From NCBI GenBank assembly GCA_905178155.1, contig CAJINV010000003.1:1421557-1485556 (forward strand): a stretch of DNA of 64,000 nucleotides. The letters run 5' to 3'. The number at the start of each line of letters is the position of its first letter. The first letter of the stretch is position 1. Under the pieces are notes generated by a model. It was not told the origin of the DNA and did no database searches. It was given only the letters and a program-made list of their open reading frames with translations. The position numbers and the translations under genes are program-made. This stretch comes from Amoebophrya sp. A120 (taxonomy: Eukaryota > Protista > Dinoflagellata). This document shows, one piece after another, positions 45,601-54,967 of the stretch.

Positions 45601-47862
45601 TTTTTTACTCACACCTGCACCATTGATGCAGACAGACAGAGTGTTTTCTGTTGTTGAAAATCCTAACAGGAAACAACAAATGTTTAGGATTTACTCCTCT
45701 GATTGATATCAAAATGAAAACAGAGGGGCACATCAAGGCGTTGGAGGAACGTATTGCGGCCGAGGTGCAACGGAAGATCAAAACCGGCGAAGAGATCAAA
45801 CATCGAGAGAGTTTACTGATAAAGCAGAAAGAACTCCTGAAGGAACACCACATTCGGGAGAAGGACTTGACGCGAAAACTTCGCTCTGCGTCATTATCCG
45901 CGTCCATGCACACGAATCAGAGCTTGGTATAGTACAAGTACTTGTGATGTCTATCTGCTCCAGTTCTGTGCAGCATGTGTGTATTCGAAAGCTTCTAAAC
46001 TTTCTTTTGCAGTCTTGTTCTTTTTGTTTTTCAAACAGGTAGCAGGAATTCTGTATCTGTTTGCTGTCGAAGATGCTTTTCACCACCGTCTTTTAACCAA
46101 AATTCAGATCAATTCCACTACTGGGACGCGCCCCCCGCTCCCCCCAGGGTTGTCGATGCGCGGGTATGCGAACCCATTCCAGAAGTACAAGACGGACGGG
46201 TACTCTTCTCGCGACCCGAGCATTGCCGGACGCAACGAGGGTCGGTCGCCCGGGCTGACGTCGCAAGACGGTATTTCCTTGCAGGGCGACAACCCATTTT
46301 CCAACCCGCACGCCGAGTTCCCGGTTTCCGACTTCGGGCCCTCCTCAGCGATCCATGCGGCGTTCGCGGCCGGGGGGAGTAGCGCGGCGGGGCCGACCAG
46401 CTCTTTGCACATCCCGAGCAGCATGGTCCACACGCAGTCGCAGCAATCGCGCTTGAACACGAGCAGCATGATCCTGGATCCGAAGCGCGCGACCGGTGGC
46501 ACGACCAATTCCTCGACGGCGGAGAGGGAGGTGGACACGCCGATGTCCACAACGCAAACCGCGCAGGTGGTGGAAAATATGAACAGATTCGACCCCTTCG
46601 GCGGCGCCGCGGGGGACAACGTGTTTGTGAATCACGAGGCGCTCTCGAAAGGCAGTGGCAAGGTCGTGGACGACCACCATTTTGCGCCGAGCAGTCGACA
46701 GGTATCTGCCCCACCTTCCAACAAGCATTCGAAGGAACAGCCGCAGCCAATGGGTGTCGTTCTGCCCCCACCTGCGGCAGCTGGTGGTGCTCCTGCAGCC
46801 TCCGTTGTACAACCGGTGGTCAACAACGCGACAGCCAGCAAAACAAGCAGTTCGCCATTCGACGCTGTGCACCAACCCTCAAAACCGTCCTCCGTGCAGC
46901 CTTCCCCCTTCGATTCCATGTTTGAGCCGAGCAGTGCGACGCCTGCCTTGGAACAACAGCATCAACGACCGCCAAGTAAACCAGTGGCTCCAACCACCAC
47001 TTCTCACCCGTTCGGCGGGCCCGGGCCCAGTGCCGCAAGCGGACCCTTTGGTGGAGTTGCTGCACCTACTTCCTCCAAGCAGAACAGTGTCGGTGGTCTC
47101 TTTGAGGAGCAACCTGCTCCTCCAACGGTATCGAAGGAACACGTTGTGCCGCCACTGAACCTCTCGCGAGTCAGCAAGGAAAATAACGCGACGAACGCAT
47201 CGAAGACATCGTCCGTGCCGCCAGCGGGTAGTACTAGTAACGGAGGTCCCTTCGGCGCCGTTGCGCCACCGCAACCGCGGGGAACGACGAATCCGATGAT
47301 GGCTGTAGTTGCCCCCCCGGCGGCCACCACGGCTGCTGTCCCCGCACAGAAACCGATGCAGACGCGCGCAGCCATGGACATCAACTCGCTCGCGCAGGCT
47401 GCGCCTGCTCCTACCAGTACTTCGAAGGGTCCCTTTGACTCCCAGGATGACGACGGTGATTTTTTCGCGATGATGGGCGCCCCCGGTCCGGCCGTTCCGA
47501 CGAGGAAAAACAGCAACTTGGCAAACGGCAGCACTCCGCAAGCTGTCGTGCCCCCACAGCCTGCATTGCACAACTTTGCAAAGCCCACAGGTCCGTCGCC
47601 ATCTTCTCAGGCGTCTCTTTTCGGAACCGGGCAGCAGGTACAGCAGCAGCAACGAACTAGCGCCGCAGCACCGCCGCCACCGACAAATAACGGCATGAAG
47701 AAGTCGTCCGATCCGTTTGCTGGCCCGCATGCGAATGGCGGCGACTTCTTCGCTTCCATGGCAAAGCCCACAGCACCCTCAGTGGTCGCGCCTCCCGCAC
47801 CAGCCGCGCCGTCAAATAAGATGAGCGATCTCTGGGGCGACGGTCCGGACAGTCTGTTCTAG
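30689..47862 (+). CDS. Pro/Ala/Ser-rich protein with central coiled coil and possible TFIIS-central-like N-terminus; host of the nested elements (exons approx. 30689-30871, 32003-32070, 32223-32335, 32470-33186, 42476-43066, 44642-45109, 45315-45581, 45724-45926, 46108-47862)
   Basis: Frame is continuous across the 9.3-kb insert (EHPS|ASSVIT). The same low-complexity PFG motifs occur on both sides. Confidence 0.72.
30821..31849 (+). repeat. About 90-bp direct duplication of exon end plus donor (30821-30915, 31763-31849) flanking 847 bp of unrelated DNA
   Basis: AGAGTGGAGCAGGCAATC...GTTGACATTT appears twice; the copies differ only by two 4-bp indels. Confidence 0.9.
31691..31762 (+). repeat. 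12-bp minisatellite YCAGAACTTGKY x6
   Basis: Tandem units read directly from the sequence. Confidence 0.9.
33405..34391 (+). CDS. Retrotransposon ORF1, highly basic coiled-coil putative nucleic-acid-binding protein
   Basis: 328 aa, Lys/Arg/Glu-rich, upstream of ORF2; no CCHC knuckle seen. Confidence 0.75.
   Translation: MAFLVPRFKPPPKKEKKEEVRKLDRLSTLLEEMERDTEKLREKIEKEKKDPNERATVAELIEKRENDTKLTGKARPTMTIDEINKRRGSMKMRILKNLIEVRRKRKTPMTKWLRRTPEKDASGKALTMKQRQHIARAMRLKAGAEKMKKRFAAAIGSEETNTELEDERDKKRALGIVRLRRMSRIQWKIHIGDYMRRWRAQNKKKKKAKALLSKDRKEIINTNSKNARKKLAHALESEEGYREWQKRARALIETKSYKGNEALVSLSRVERLEHEKKRKQRAAQGQAKRMKEARKRENNTQRADRLRKIRERREEADKRATMRSAGGG
34846..40500 (+). CDS. Retrotransposon ORF2: APE-like endonuclease + reverse transcriptase + long C-terminal region
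   Basis: APE motifs FWNING, ELK, LAGDLN, PTCF..TTID, SDH; RT motifs AAGMDG, GLDASNYFNNI, LIQGA, QYVDD. 1884 aa with no interruption. Confidence 0.9.
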   Translation: MDGNERNEDRKVQESLLPREAPERRDDSKERTGAEEREGEMGEEKEDCNDNEEEPGGLWKGETQEETGEEEKKERDDGQDVLRRERHMFWNINGVKRLNAIRLVKAYRDIVPKITGASCAELKTAALTQDQAAFKHVEEEMKRLGMEGRPGIYFAAATDMKGVASEMNSGAVGIVYTDEMKKLPKKTMRKEIFRREKGGAFFQRDVTDKEDILLWMIAAEDERGMLVVAFYRRPAKDTPKDCEEVAYIRKQMQEMTSALEKMIEEAGIAILAGDLNCQYQIDEGGKVKFERERTGVQKVYFSEIIEPIQKIFNKHAETLTTGGPTCFRNPENPTTIDIVAIAEKRAKVVAKTCDRIQIPRTVKEENGEDKEAEGENKEEESDHVALLADIVWIPEPEKPTEEQKQKKEKEQKRWKFNARYTLMVPTVESSRQRIEIIKGKERLQKKNPVTQLVKWPRKSVTLERLQQVMEKAGTVPEDRRSMLGMQKWLMEKLGEAGVLKLKEVPKQDANYENWQKKKKEERKTQEKEEKNEETARQQEQKSKQDEMEKAWLASFAEKPKKEEKNEKAVYETARKVKEAVCGVGRGMPMGEAKEVTVGGTLVQGVEAATERIASSHLLKCEFVRKQNDKKHTYDGKELEKALRQLTQACKEVKSIRFTGPQLQAHVSKLNSEAAGMDGLRQGIYRALTPEQYQVLAEVFNRFLEEVEEYEMKRNEGRGPKLLEEHLNAAQVELLKKQTAATTAIEKIRTVIQGTAIMRVLLSVVVYEMVRVADKNDAFTRCGSASKPGASCQATALQVLETCHEGEERGEAETPDEREEGGNGKGKRRKETVVFGLDASNYFNNIGLPRAVAAYRAAKLHPCFIKLIIVTAWTKDLWIRNGDCYGHVLRHRELIQGAVETMLAGTLIFLPGVEIIAEFLEEIFNEDGRAEEERLKIAEAKMRTRIKRLYKGGDIDTTFPDYNVREEVDEIYLKEAQPVVTGYRKGEKVTTEQGKRKVNEKRKRVETRYYSGTLPGDGKRRWTLCVQYVDDGTVVIKFFIEDIQIVARALRAARWAYEEIYATEGQFLAPQKCEVATSIEDPLKVNVIRQAFQPFGILFEEKIFLKILGIKIVPKDKTEQAKALRGQVRQSIGIGQHLAYQVMAKRGRLNGEELTWVVQVFFVSAMIYFLPVMHLYFDLGDWAELMGEMALTIAETLGMTTEAVEELMARTETTAETFYRVVFGMNLLGLADPYTMGLKTLRATAQANYLTDPALFAPLATTPVKVVGEAKAGIPKTEERKMLKRKEADIALLRALKDGATVRLSPGSDLRAVGIVKERSARAPLRVEDQYTHRGNAGLVVSRNRKGGLGKKGQSNRMQKIWVKHAGNERSTTVTVQEASERTETHLRTIETKVEHLKTEIRTEERTFVAYCNNAMRAIEIVTEKRKKEGGAVQIILLDYNELREKTRGILRKGHGIGLELQETIEKAESEDPGLNIVTRREKGNASRAETIRNIDGGTKEEIPLRVANVLNHDNEYTDWVRFDFGTKRIPLKPVWEWPEMSKIERQVYIHRKMKDEETEGDKKKEKAEAGDGEEMKQGLGEKDSAKSQKRKETKKNTNTERVGKGSGAASSQSRNSRENVERKQEEKGEERREGETLSETILRLIEKEKKKAEETGDEMAQGAFRIIQKATKLLQEVEEANKEDDGRKLNEKERGREEGDQEERISENGEEEEKKSFYEAQEYEGTRRGYVFKRGAMGQGYYIDQGPEEATRTFFRNLVAWGEEEKRDAINKERAEEGQDEKGVDQEQQKRRKVEKQDKEASQNGGSEDEKKKRTTEASNFPTVEKLMADDPMTLMQKENVQREKEKRIQEEKRRRRQRKYETPMQRELAQMYRALEKENSDGK
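41392..41459 (+). repeat. Two 33-bp tandem units in the LINE 3' UTR (repeated again at about 41519-41586)
   Basis: GGTATTGGCAGAGGCTAAATCTGTTCTAACGCC with period 35. Confidence 0.9.
41510..42356 (+). mobile_element. Non-autonomous SINE-like/chimeric retroposed insert at the same target site
   Basis: Flanked by the same 16-bp TSD (41494-41509, 42357-42372) and ends in the same TGG(TAC)n tail. The first ~105 nt copy the LINE 3' end; the rest is GC-rich and non-coding. Confidence 0.82.
43189..44345. mobile_element. 1.16-kb non-coding TIR element with three long internal hairpins, inside an intron
   Basis: Perfect 21-bp TIR TGGTAACCAAATGCGTGCGCG; flanks TTATC/ATATC; hairpins at 43213-43263, 44127-44187, 44245-44297. 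Confidence 0.8.
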
Positions 47863-48956
47863 TGCGGGGGAAAAGTAGTCGGAGACAAAGGCAAACGAGG
47901 ACGAGAACTGCGTAAGCATTGTCACGCCCGCCCGAAAAGGCTAGCTACTGCTCTCGGAAGGAAAAAAATCAACAGTATTTTATCACGCTCAAGAAATTGA
48001 TGATGAAGCATCGTATATCGTTTGAAATCTGTATATGCTACAAACACGACCTTTCACAGCGACTCGAGTACTCGCTTTTGCCGACGCGCGCACCAGTTTC
48101 AAGAAAAAGGGGGCGCGTCGGGTCGCTCTGTATGTAAAAAACTTTGTACAACTACTACTCCGTGGTATTACACTTTACACCCTTCGCCCCCAACTGCGTG
48201 CGACCACGTTGAGCCGATTTGTCACTTCATCAGGAACGATTTGTCCCACGCTACTGCTTTGCTGCTGATGCAACGTCCGGCAATTTTTTGCGTTGGACAG
48301 CACTCAACTAGCTTGGCGATTGGGTAGCGCAATCTTTTTCTTGATTGGCGATCGACCTCAACACGCATCATGTAGAAACAATCATTCATGTTTGTACTTA
48401 CACACCGACCCTGGCCACTCCGTAGCGATACTTGGGTCCAAACCAAACTCCGTGTTGTCCTCACGCACGATTTTTATTGGCGACGTTGTGAAGCGACGAC
48501 CTCTACGTCAAATTCACATATCTTGTGCGACACCGATATTGTAGCAATTTTTTGTCCGATGTAGCAGCAAGCTTTGATTTTTCTACCGCGAAAATTTCAA
48601 CCCCTAGTAGAGACCTTCACCTGTACCGAAACAAAAAGCATCACTCCATCGAGTGATTGCAAACCTTGGCGTCTGTATTCGAAGAAAAACTACGAATTTT
48701 TATAGTACGCGCTACTCGGGGTGTGCTGGCGCAGGAGGAGTGCTGGTCTTCACACTCATGGCCCCCGTCGAGAAGGAGTTCCAAAATTAATGTTCAAACT
48801 CGTTGGGAAACTCGCTGTCTTGTTCTTTGTTTTTTTTTTTTGGTGCATGTTGACCGACGACGAGTGAAACGGTTTCACGACTCTTGAACGGGCTCCTTCA
48901 GTGTAGAAGCGCTACTATTTTTGTTCAATTCGATCGCTCATGATCAAGATGATGAG

Positions 48957-51563
48957 ATGGATCACATGCGTTTTCGGCAGTGGCGGGCCATTTTGTGTTT
49001 CGCTATCGTGGACGTAGTCCAGCTTTTTTCTCCGACGTCCACTTTGCAGCAGTTCCCGTTTTTAATTACGGTTGTCGCTGAGCAATACCGGACGAGCGTC
49101 GAAGAAGTAGAAAATGAGAACGAGCCAACTACCGCTCCTGAAAAGCTCCCCCGGGAGATCACCTTCCTGTTCACGGACTCTCACGGACGCTTGGCCCTGC
49201 AGCATGGATGCATGTGCGATGGCGGCGCCAACATTTACACGATTCCAAACGCCTACCGGCAGTTCGCGCAGTCCTGGCGGGGGATGCAGTGGCACCGTTG
49301 GTGGGACGGTACCGAGGACCGGTATTTCTACCCCCACCGAAACGGTGTCGTCTGCGAGCGCGACTCCCTGGCGTACGAAGCACGCGCCCGGCGGAGGCGG
49401 CGAAAGCGGGGAACGGCCAGGCGTGGGGACTACGACAGCGGTGGACCACGCGGAAAGAACCACGCCTCGTCGTCGGCGGAGGACGAGAACCGTTCAGCGC
49501 GGACCGGGGATATTAATAGTAGTGCCAACACTAGAAGTAGTAGTACCGGGCTAGTGCTGGAGGGGGCTGCTCCAGGAGATCATGACGGCCAAGGTCTTCA
49601 GAGCGCGCTGTTAAAAGGAGACCAAAATAAAGGCAAGCGGCGAAAGGAGAAGAACGCCGAACACGACGACTTCTTGCTAGAAGAGGACCTAGACGACCAC
49701 TATTTGGTGAACTCGGTGATGAATATGACGCACTTCCAGCACCGGTTGCCGAGCAAATATCCCTGGTTAGCAGCACTGCAACCGTGGGTTTGTGTGGTGC
49801 GGAAAAAACGAAAGGAGAGTGGTGCTTATCTGGACATCACAGTCGCGTTTTGGATGGCGGTGGGGACGCGACCGTTCCGGCCCTCCTTCCTCCTATCGCT
49901 GAAAAAGCTTTTCAACGTGGGCACCCGGGAGCGAGGAGACCCAGACCTGGTGCTTGACAAGCAGAACGGCGCGAGCATGGACGTGTTGTCCTGGTATCGC
50001 GAAAACTTCTTTCCGTTCTTGCGTGAGTTACTGGCGATGCTGATAATACCTGTTGTACCAGGACGAGGACAAGATGAGGCCAAGGACATCGTAAGAAAGC
50101 CTACGAACAACAACGCGCGTTATAATCTTCTACCGCCAGCAGCTGCTGCTGGTCCTGGTGCTCCCCCTGCCCCTGCCTCCCCGTCTCCTGTCGTTCCCCC
50201 TCAGCGCAACTCGGTTGTCCGTGCAGTGTTCAGCTTGGACTCGATCTTTTTGGCGTGGCTGCGCTTTTACCCGCATTTCGTGCGAGTGGCGGAAGAGACG
50301 AAGCGCGGCGTCGAAATCGTCCGGCCGCCGCAAAAAGAGCCTCGCGGGGCGGTGGACCCCTTCTACCAACACGTCGTCGATGTGCTGGAGGAAGCATACG
50401 AGTTCGAAGCCTGCGGCACGAACAGGACCGGGAAGCCTGTTGAAGTAGACGCGGTCGCGGAGAAAAGTTGGCCGCGAGAACAAGTGAGTGCAATAAATAA
50501 GGCGGACCAGCAGCACACGGTGGCCAATTCCAGCGCTATAAGTTCGTCTGCGGTACTAGTACGGCATGATCCCACTAGTGGGCAAAGGCGTGGACGAGAA
50601 GTTCAAGTTGTACACGCTGCTCTGTCCCCTTCTTGCGAGAAGAACTCTGCCGTTGTGCGCGCTTCGCAGTACGGGAACATGTTCCGACGGGGTCTTCCCG
50701 GAACTCGTCCGACGCGCATCGAAACGGGGGTCCGGGCGGAGGTCTTGTCTTTTCTGGACAGCGACTATAAATTTGAACAAGGACGACAAAGTCAAAGCAT
50801 GCGCGTCGTGCCGGGAAACAAGCGGAACGACGACGAATTTTCCAGGAATAAAGTTTCCTTTGCCTCTCGCGAACGTTACTTGCGGCTCCATCCTCACCGG
50901 CATGGTGCGGGCGTTCTTTCGGCTTTCGCGTTGAACTTCACGAGACTGGTGTTTGATTTTGAAGCCTTTTTCGCCGAGCATTTGGACGACGGGCTATTGT
51001 TTAACGCCAATCACTCCGCTGCGAGAAATGCAACATTTTTACCAGAGATTGTGATTATGAACACGCACCGGCACTTGCCCCGGTACGCCTGGTTGCGCAG
51101 TGAAAACAGTTCCTGCAAAGGACTTGACTCCGCCGGTCGAGTGTCGGAGCAAGAGCTGCGGCGAACCACGCACTACTGGGGGCACTTCTCTCCGGTGCAC
51201 GCGACGGTTCTGGGCATGGTGCAGGCCGTGAACGACTGGCGAAGTGGAAGCGATACAACTTCTAACAGTGCTAGAAGCAACGAGAATTATTCAGTAAGCC
51301 CAGAGCGATCGCGCCGTCCTTGGGAATGGTTAGATTTCAACGCCAAATTTAACCAGCTCGTGTCTCTGCACCGGCGGAACGAGGCGGATTACAGTGCCGG
51401 CACTTCTGCGGAGAACCTCCGACCAACACCCGCGGGGTGGATGCTACCCGTCTCCGCGTGCAACAAAAGTCATCTGTTTGAACTCGACGGGCACCACCTG
51501 GGGCCCTGGGCCAGTAGCTATCATTACCAACTCATGAAACAAAGCAGGACGCCGGTGGAATGA
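48957..51563 (+). CDS. Hypothetical secreted or membrane-anchored protein, possibly SGNH-hydrolase-like
   Basis: Intronless ORF of about 870 aa with hydrophobic N-terminus, FLFTDSHGR (GDS-like block) and C-terminal DGHH (DxxH-like). Family call is tentative. Confidence 0.6.
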   Translation: MDHMRFRQWRAILCFAIVDVVQLFSPTSTLQQFPFLITVVAEQYRTSVEEVENENEPTTAPEKLPREITFLFTDSHGRLALQHGCMCDGGANIYTIPNAYRQFAQSWRGMQWHRWWDGTEDRYFYPHRNGVVCERDSLAYEARARRRRRKRGTARRGDYDSGGPRGKNHASSSAEDENRSARTGDINSSANTRSSSTGLVLEGAAPGDHDGQGLQSALLKGDQNKGKRRKEKNAEHDDFLLEEDLDDHYLVNSVMNMTHFQHRLPSKYPWLAALQPWVCVVRKKRKESGAYLDITVAFWMAVGTRPFRPSFLLSLKKLFNVGTRERGDPDLVLDKQNGASMDVLSWYRENFFPFLRELLAMLIIPVVPGRGQDEAKDIVRKPTNNNARYNLLPPAAAAGPGAPPAPASPSPVVPPQRNSVVRAVFSLDSIFLAWLRFYPHFVRVAEETKRGVEIVRPPQKEPRGAVDPFYQHVVDVLEEAYEFEACGTNRTGKPVEVDAVAEKSWPREQVSAINKADQQHTVANSSAISSSAVLVRHDPTSGQRRGREVQVVHAALSPSCEKNSAVVRASQYGNMFRRGLPGTRPTRIETGVRAEVLSFLDSDYKFEQGRQSQSMRVVPGNKRNDDEFSRNKVSFASRERYLRLHPHRHGAGVLSAFALNFTRLVFDFEAFFAEHLDDGLLFNANHSAARNATFLPEIVIMNTHRHLPRYAWLRSENSSCKGLDSAGRVSEQELRRTTHYWGHFSPVHATVLGMVQAVNDWRSGSDTTSNSARSNENYSVSPERSRRPWEWLDFNAKFNQLVSLHRRNEADYSAGTSAENLRPTPAGWMLPVSACNKSHLFELDGHHLGPWASSYHYQLMKQSRTPVE

Positions 51564-51903
51564 CATCATTTTGAGCAGAACATTGAGTACTTATTGCGAA
51601 CGGTAGTTCTTGGATTGCGAGACCTAAAAGTACTTATTTTGACGAGGAACAAAATCAAAATCTTTGGGTTTGGCACACGTAGTACATCTTGGGGCGCGAT
51701 AACCCATGCCGCTTGTGAGCCGCGTGACGGTGCGGTGGTTCGCAATTTTTTTGGCCGATTTCGATAAATACGAAAACAGAACTGCCACGTTAGTACAAGA
51801 TTAGAAAGGAGGTCAGAAACATGATAGTACACCTTCCAAGACAGTAGAGTGGATCTAAACTTCGTTTTTTCTTTCTCTGGTACAACAACGAAGCGCAAGA
51901 AAA

Positions 51904-54318
51904 ATGCGGCAGCCGGTGCCTCGGGCACACCTTACGACAGGGCGTTCTTTTCTGTTGCAATTGCGGTCTTTTGCTCGTCAGTCGAAGGGAAGTGCCATCC
52001 GACAGAAGGCCGATAAGAGCCGGCTAAGCAGCCTGGACCGCGAGCACCAGAAAACTAAAAGACTGGCGGTCGACGCCCTGGAGACGCGGAACGAGTGGAG
52101 CACGACCAGGGACCCCGGTGCCACGGACGCCGCGGAGAAATACGCAAAAGCAGTGTCGCGGCGATCGCAATTCGAGCTTCCGGAGGCACCCAGTGGCGTG
52201 CGCAAGAGAAGTTTGGCGCAGCTCGGTGGAGGCGAAAACAGAAGTTCCTCCTCGTCGTCATCTTCGAGTGTACTAACCACTGCGCAAAGTGGTCGCGCAC
52301 CGAGTCAGCGGTCCGTCGGAGACATCACCGACGCGGAGATCCGCGGAATCTTTCCCGCCGACGTGCTCTCGTCTCCGTATCCTGCGGCGAGCCGGCTGGT
52401 GAAGCGTCCACATCTCTGGATGGACAGCTGCATGCCAGGGGAAAGCGCTGAAGATGAGCACGGGGACGATTCCGACAGCAGACTAAAAGAGATCGCCGAA
52501 TGCGAAGCGGAGTTACAGCGGCTTGGAGCTGGTGGTGGTGCAACTACAACAACTGGGAGCGACCACACTGAGACCAACGATGTTGACCTCGCGTACACGG
52601 ACCTAATCGACGGCGACGACGATGCATTGGTCGACCAAGCATCCTCGACGTCTTCGCGCAGTGCGGCAAAGAGCGATTACAACACGCGAGAACAACAAGA
52701 AATCGTGGTTCCCAAGTTGGCCGACGTGGGTAAGTTCGAGCGGTTTTCCCGTGACGACCTACTGGAGCTGCTGCCCGAGGGTTTGGGTGGGGAGCTGTCG
52801 CGTGACCTGATTTTGATTCCAAGCCAAACAAAAGATGTCGGTTTTATGCTGCGTAAGCCGACAGTGGAGATCCTGACACAAATGGCCTACCTGCAAAAAG
52901 ACGCAGAACAGGTCTTCGATAAGAACAGTGGAACAGGCGGACCTCCACAGGATTCGACATTAGACGGAGTGTTCGACGTGCGAAGTAAAAATTACGGAAA
53001 GAGGAATTTCTTATCCCCGCCACATCGAAATCGGGCCGCCTTAATTTCTTCCCGCGCAGGGTGGCTGTTGGAAGGGAAGAAGGGTGTCGGGAAGAGCGCC
53101 GTTTTGAATCACGTGGTCGCGTGGGCCCGGAGGAACGGGTGGCTGGTCGTTTTCGAACCGTTCGCTGCAAATTATGCGAAGGAAATTTCGGACATTGCCC
53201 GGTCCTCCAACTCCGGCATCTACGTGCAGAACTCCCACGCGAGACGGTTTCTGGAGCGGACTTTGTTGAAAAACGCGGAATTCTTCGAGCAGATTCCGGT
53301 CGACCTCGCCGTGTACGGCAGGGCCTGTGTGGACGGGGAACCCAGCGGAAAAGTGCACCAGGTCTACGACGAGCTCATCCAAAAAGCGGTGGACAAAGAG
53401 CTCGGCGCTAGTACTGCGGGAGAAGATCATGCGAATACCTCCTCCTCGTCCTCAACAGTGGAAAGGAATCGCGAGCGCCTACGGTGCTTCGAGAAGTACC
53501 GCAGGCGGGTGGTCCTGCCCTCGCTCAAGGCGCAGCTGCCCGAGCCCGAGAACCTGTACCAAATAGTGCAGTTCGGGCTCGACCACGAAACCTGGGCCAC
53601 GCAAGCGGTGGCGGAGCTGATGCGGCAGCTGCAGGTGCAGACAAAGTTCCCGGTGCTGGTCTGCGTGGACGAGTGGAACGAGTGCTTTCCCGTCTCCGAT
53701 TTTGTTTCCATGCGGTACGACGGCACCAGATTCGGCGGCTACATCCCGGCGTACCACTTGTCCATGTGCCGGCGGTTTTGCGATTTCGACGGGCACCGGT
53801 TCATATCAAATGCAAAAATGTCTGGGTCTGGAAGATTTTGAAATTTGTCATGCTTGTCTGGCATGACCAAAAAGTTTGTGATGTGTGTCCAAGAAGAGAC
53901 CCTTTTGCCTGTCATACAAAAACGCAGTCTGTCATGCGAGAAACGCAACACAAAGAAGCGCAGATATTTCTCATGCTTGCCTGTGCATTACAGAGCATTC
54001 ACTATTCCCAGCGCAGCATTACAAGTTTCCAGACCCAGACATTTTTGCAATGCATAGTTCAAGCGCGGGCTGAAGCTGTACTCGACGTCCTGGTACCGGA
54101 TGAACCGGCGGGATTACCGCCCGGAGCTCTTGGGTGTGAAGCCGGAAAGCATCAAGCAGGTGCGCGAGTTCTCCCCGTTCGAGTTTGCAAACTACTGTGC
54201 GTATTTCCGGTTACAGAACATTACCTACAACTTTCCGCGGGAGAAGCTCGAGCAGTTCTGGATGCTCACCCAAGGAAATGGGTGGCAGGCACGCAGAACG
54301 CTCAGTATGCTGTACTAG
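51904..54318 (+). CDS. DAP3: Mitochondrial small ribosomal subunit protein mS29/DAP3 (exons 51904-53803, 54062-54318)
   Basis: Transit-peptide-like N-terminus, LRKPTVEI, P-loop GKKGVGKS, WARRNGWLVVF, FPVLVCVDEWN, VREFSPFEF. Frame is restored by introner removal (HRFKRGLK). Confidence 0.85.
53804..54056. mobile_element. TIR introner E (TATCAAATG family, opposite orientation to B)
   Basis: TIR of about 30 bp; TSD GTTCA (53799-53803/54057-54061). The interior matches the reverse complement of B. Confidence 0.93.
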
Positions 54319-54967
54319 TTGTAGTAGAGCAGCGAACATGTTGTGCAGCGTCCTCGAAGTAGACTCGAGTTGTTGGGAGCGAGGAATTCTTGCGTATGGT
54401 CCTCTCGGACGACTGACACCACTGTCGTGTGAAAGGAACGTGCGCCCTCTGCTTTCGTTCTTCCGCCGTTTGGCTCAACGATCATGGCCGTCTTGCGCGA
54501 CAATGAGTGTTGGCCATTAGGCGCTCCCGTTCGTCTTTGAACGATTTTCCATTTTGTTTTAGAAAGCAACCACAAGACGGAAGTGTTCATTTGATGAAGA
54601 TGGTTTCGGCCTTACTTCACCTATAGCGTTCTGGGGATGGAGTTGTATCGTGCTTTGTCGTTGATTTGATCGTTTTTTCTGGCAATGAGAGAGCAAAAGG
54701 AACCTTGTCAGAATAATGGTGTGAAGAGGACAAAAAGACCATTGTTGCAAGAACTTCAGGAGAGGTTGAGTCACCTGTAATCAGTTTGGAGGGGTAGACG
54801 TCGTGGTGTGCACCTGGGCAGGTCTACTGGAAGTTGAGATATTTGCGCATGCTGCCTGGTGACAAGATCAGGAAAATTTTCTGAAGTACTTAGAGCTTTC
54901 GTCATGTTGAAGTCTAGCTAAGCACGTGGTATTGTTTCCCCTAGTATAGTAAGTAGCCTTGAACAAG

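Noticed and set aside
54465-54480. Relict dinoflagellate spliced leader (TTTGGCTCAA)
   Set aside because: Only a 10-nt match, far from a start codon; expected by chance.
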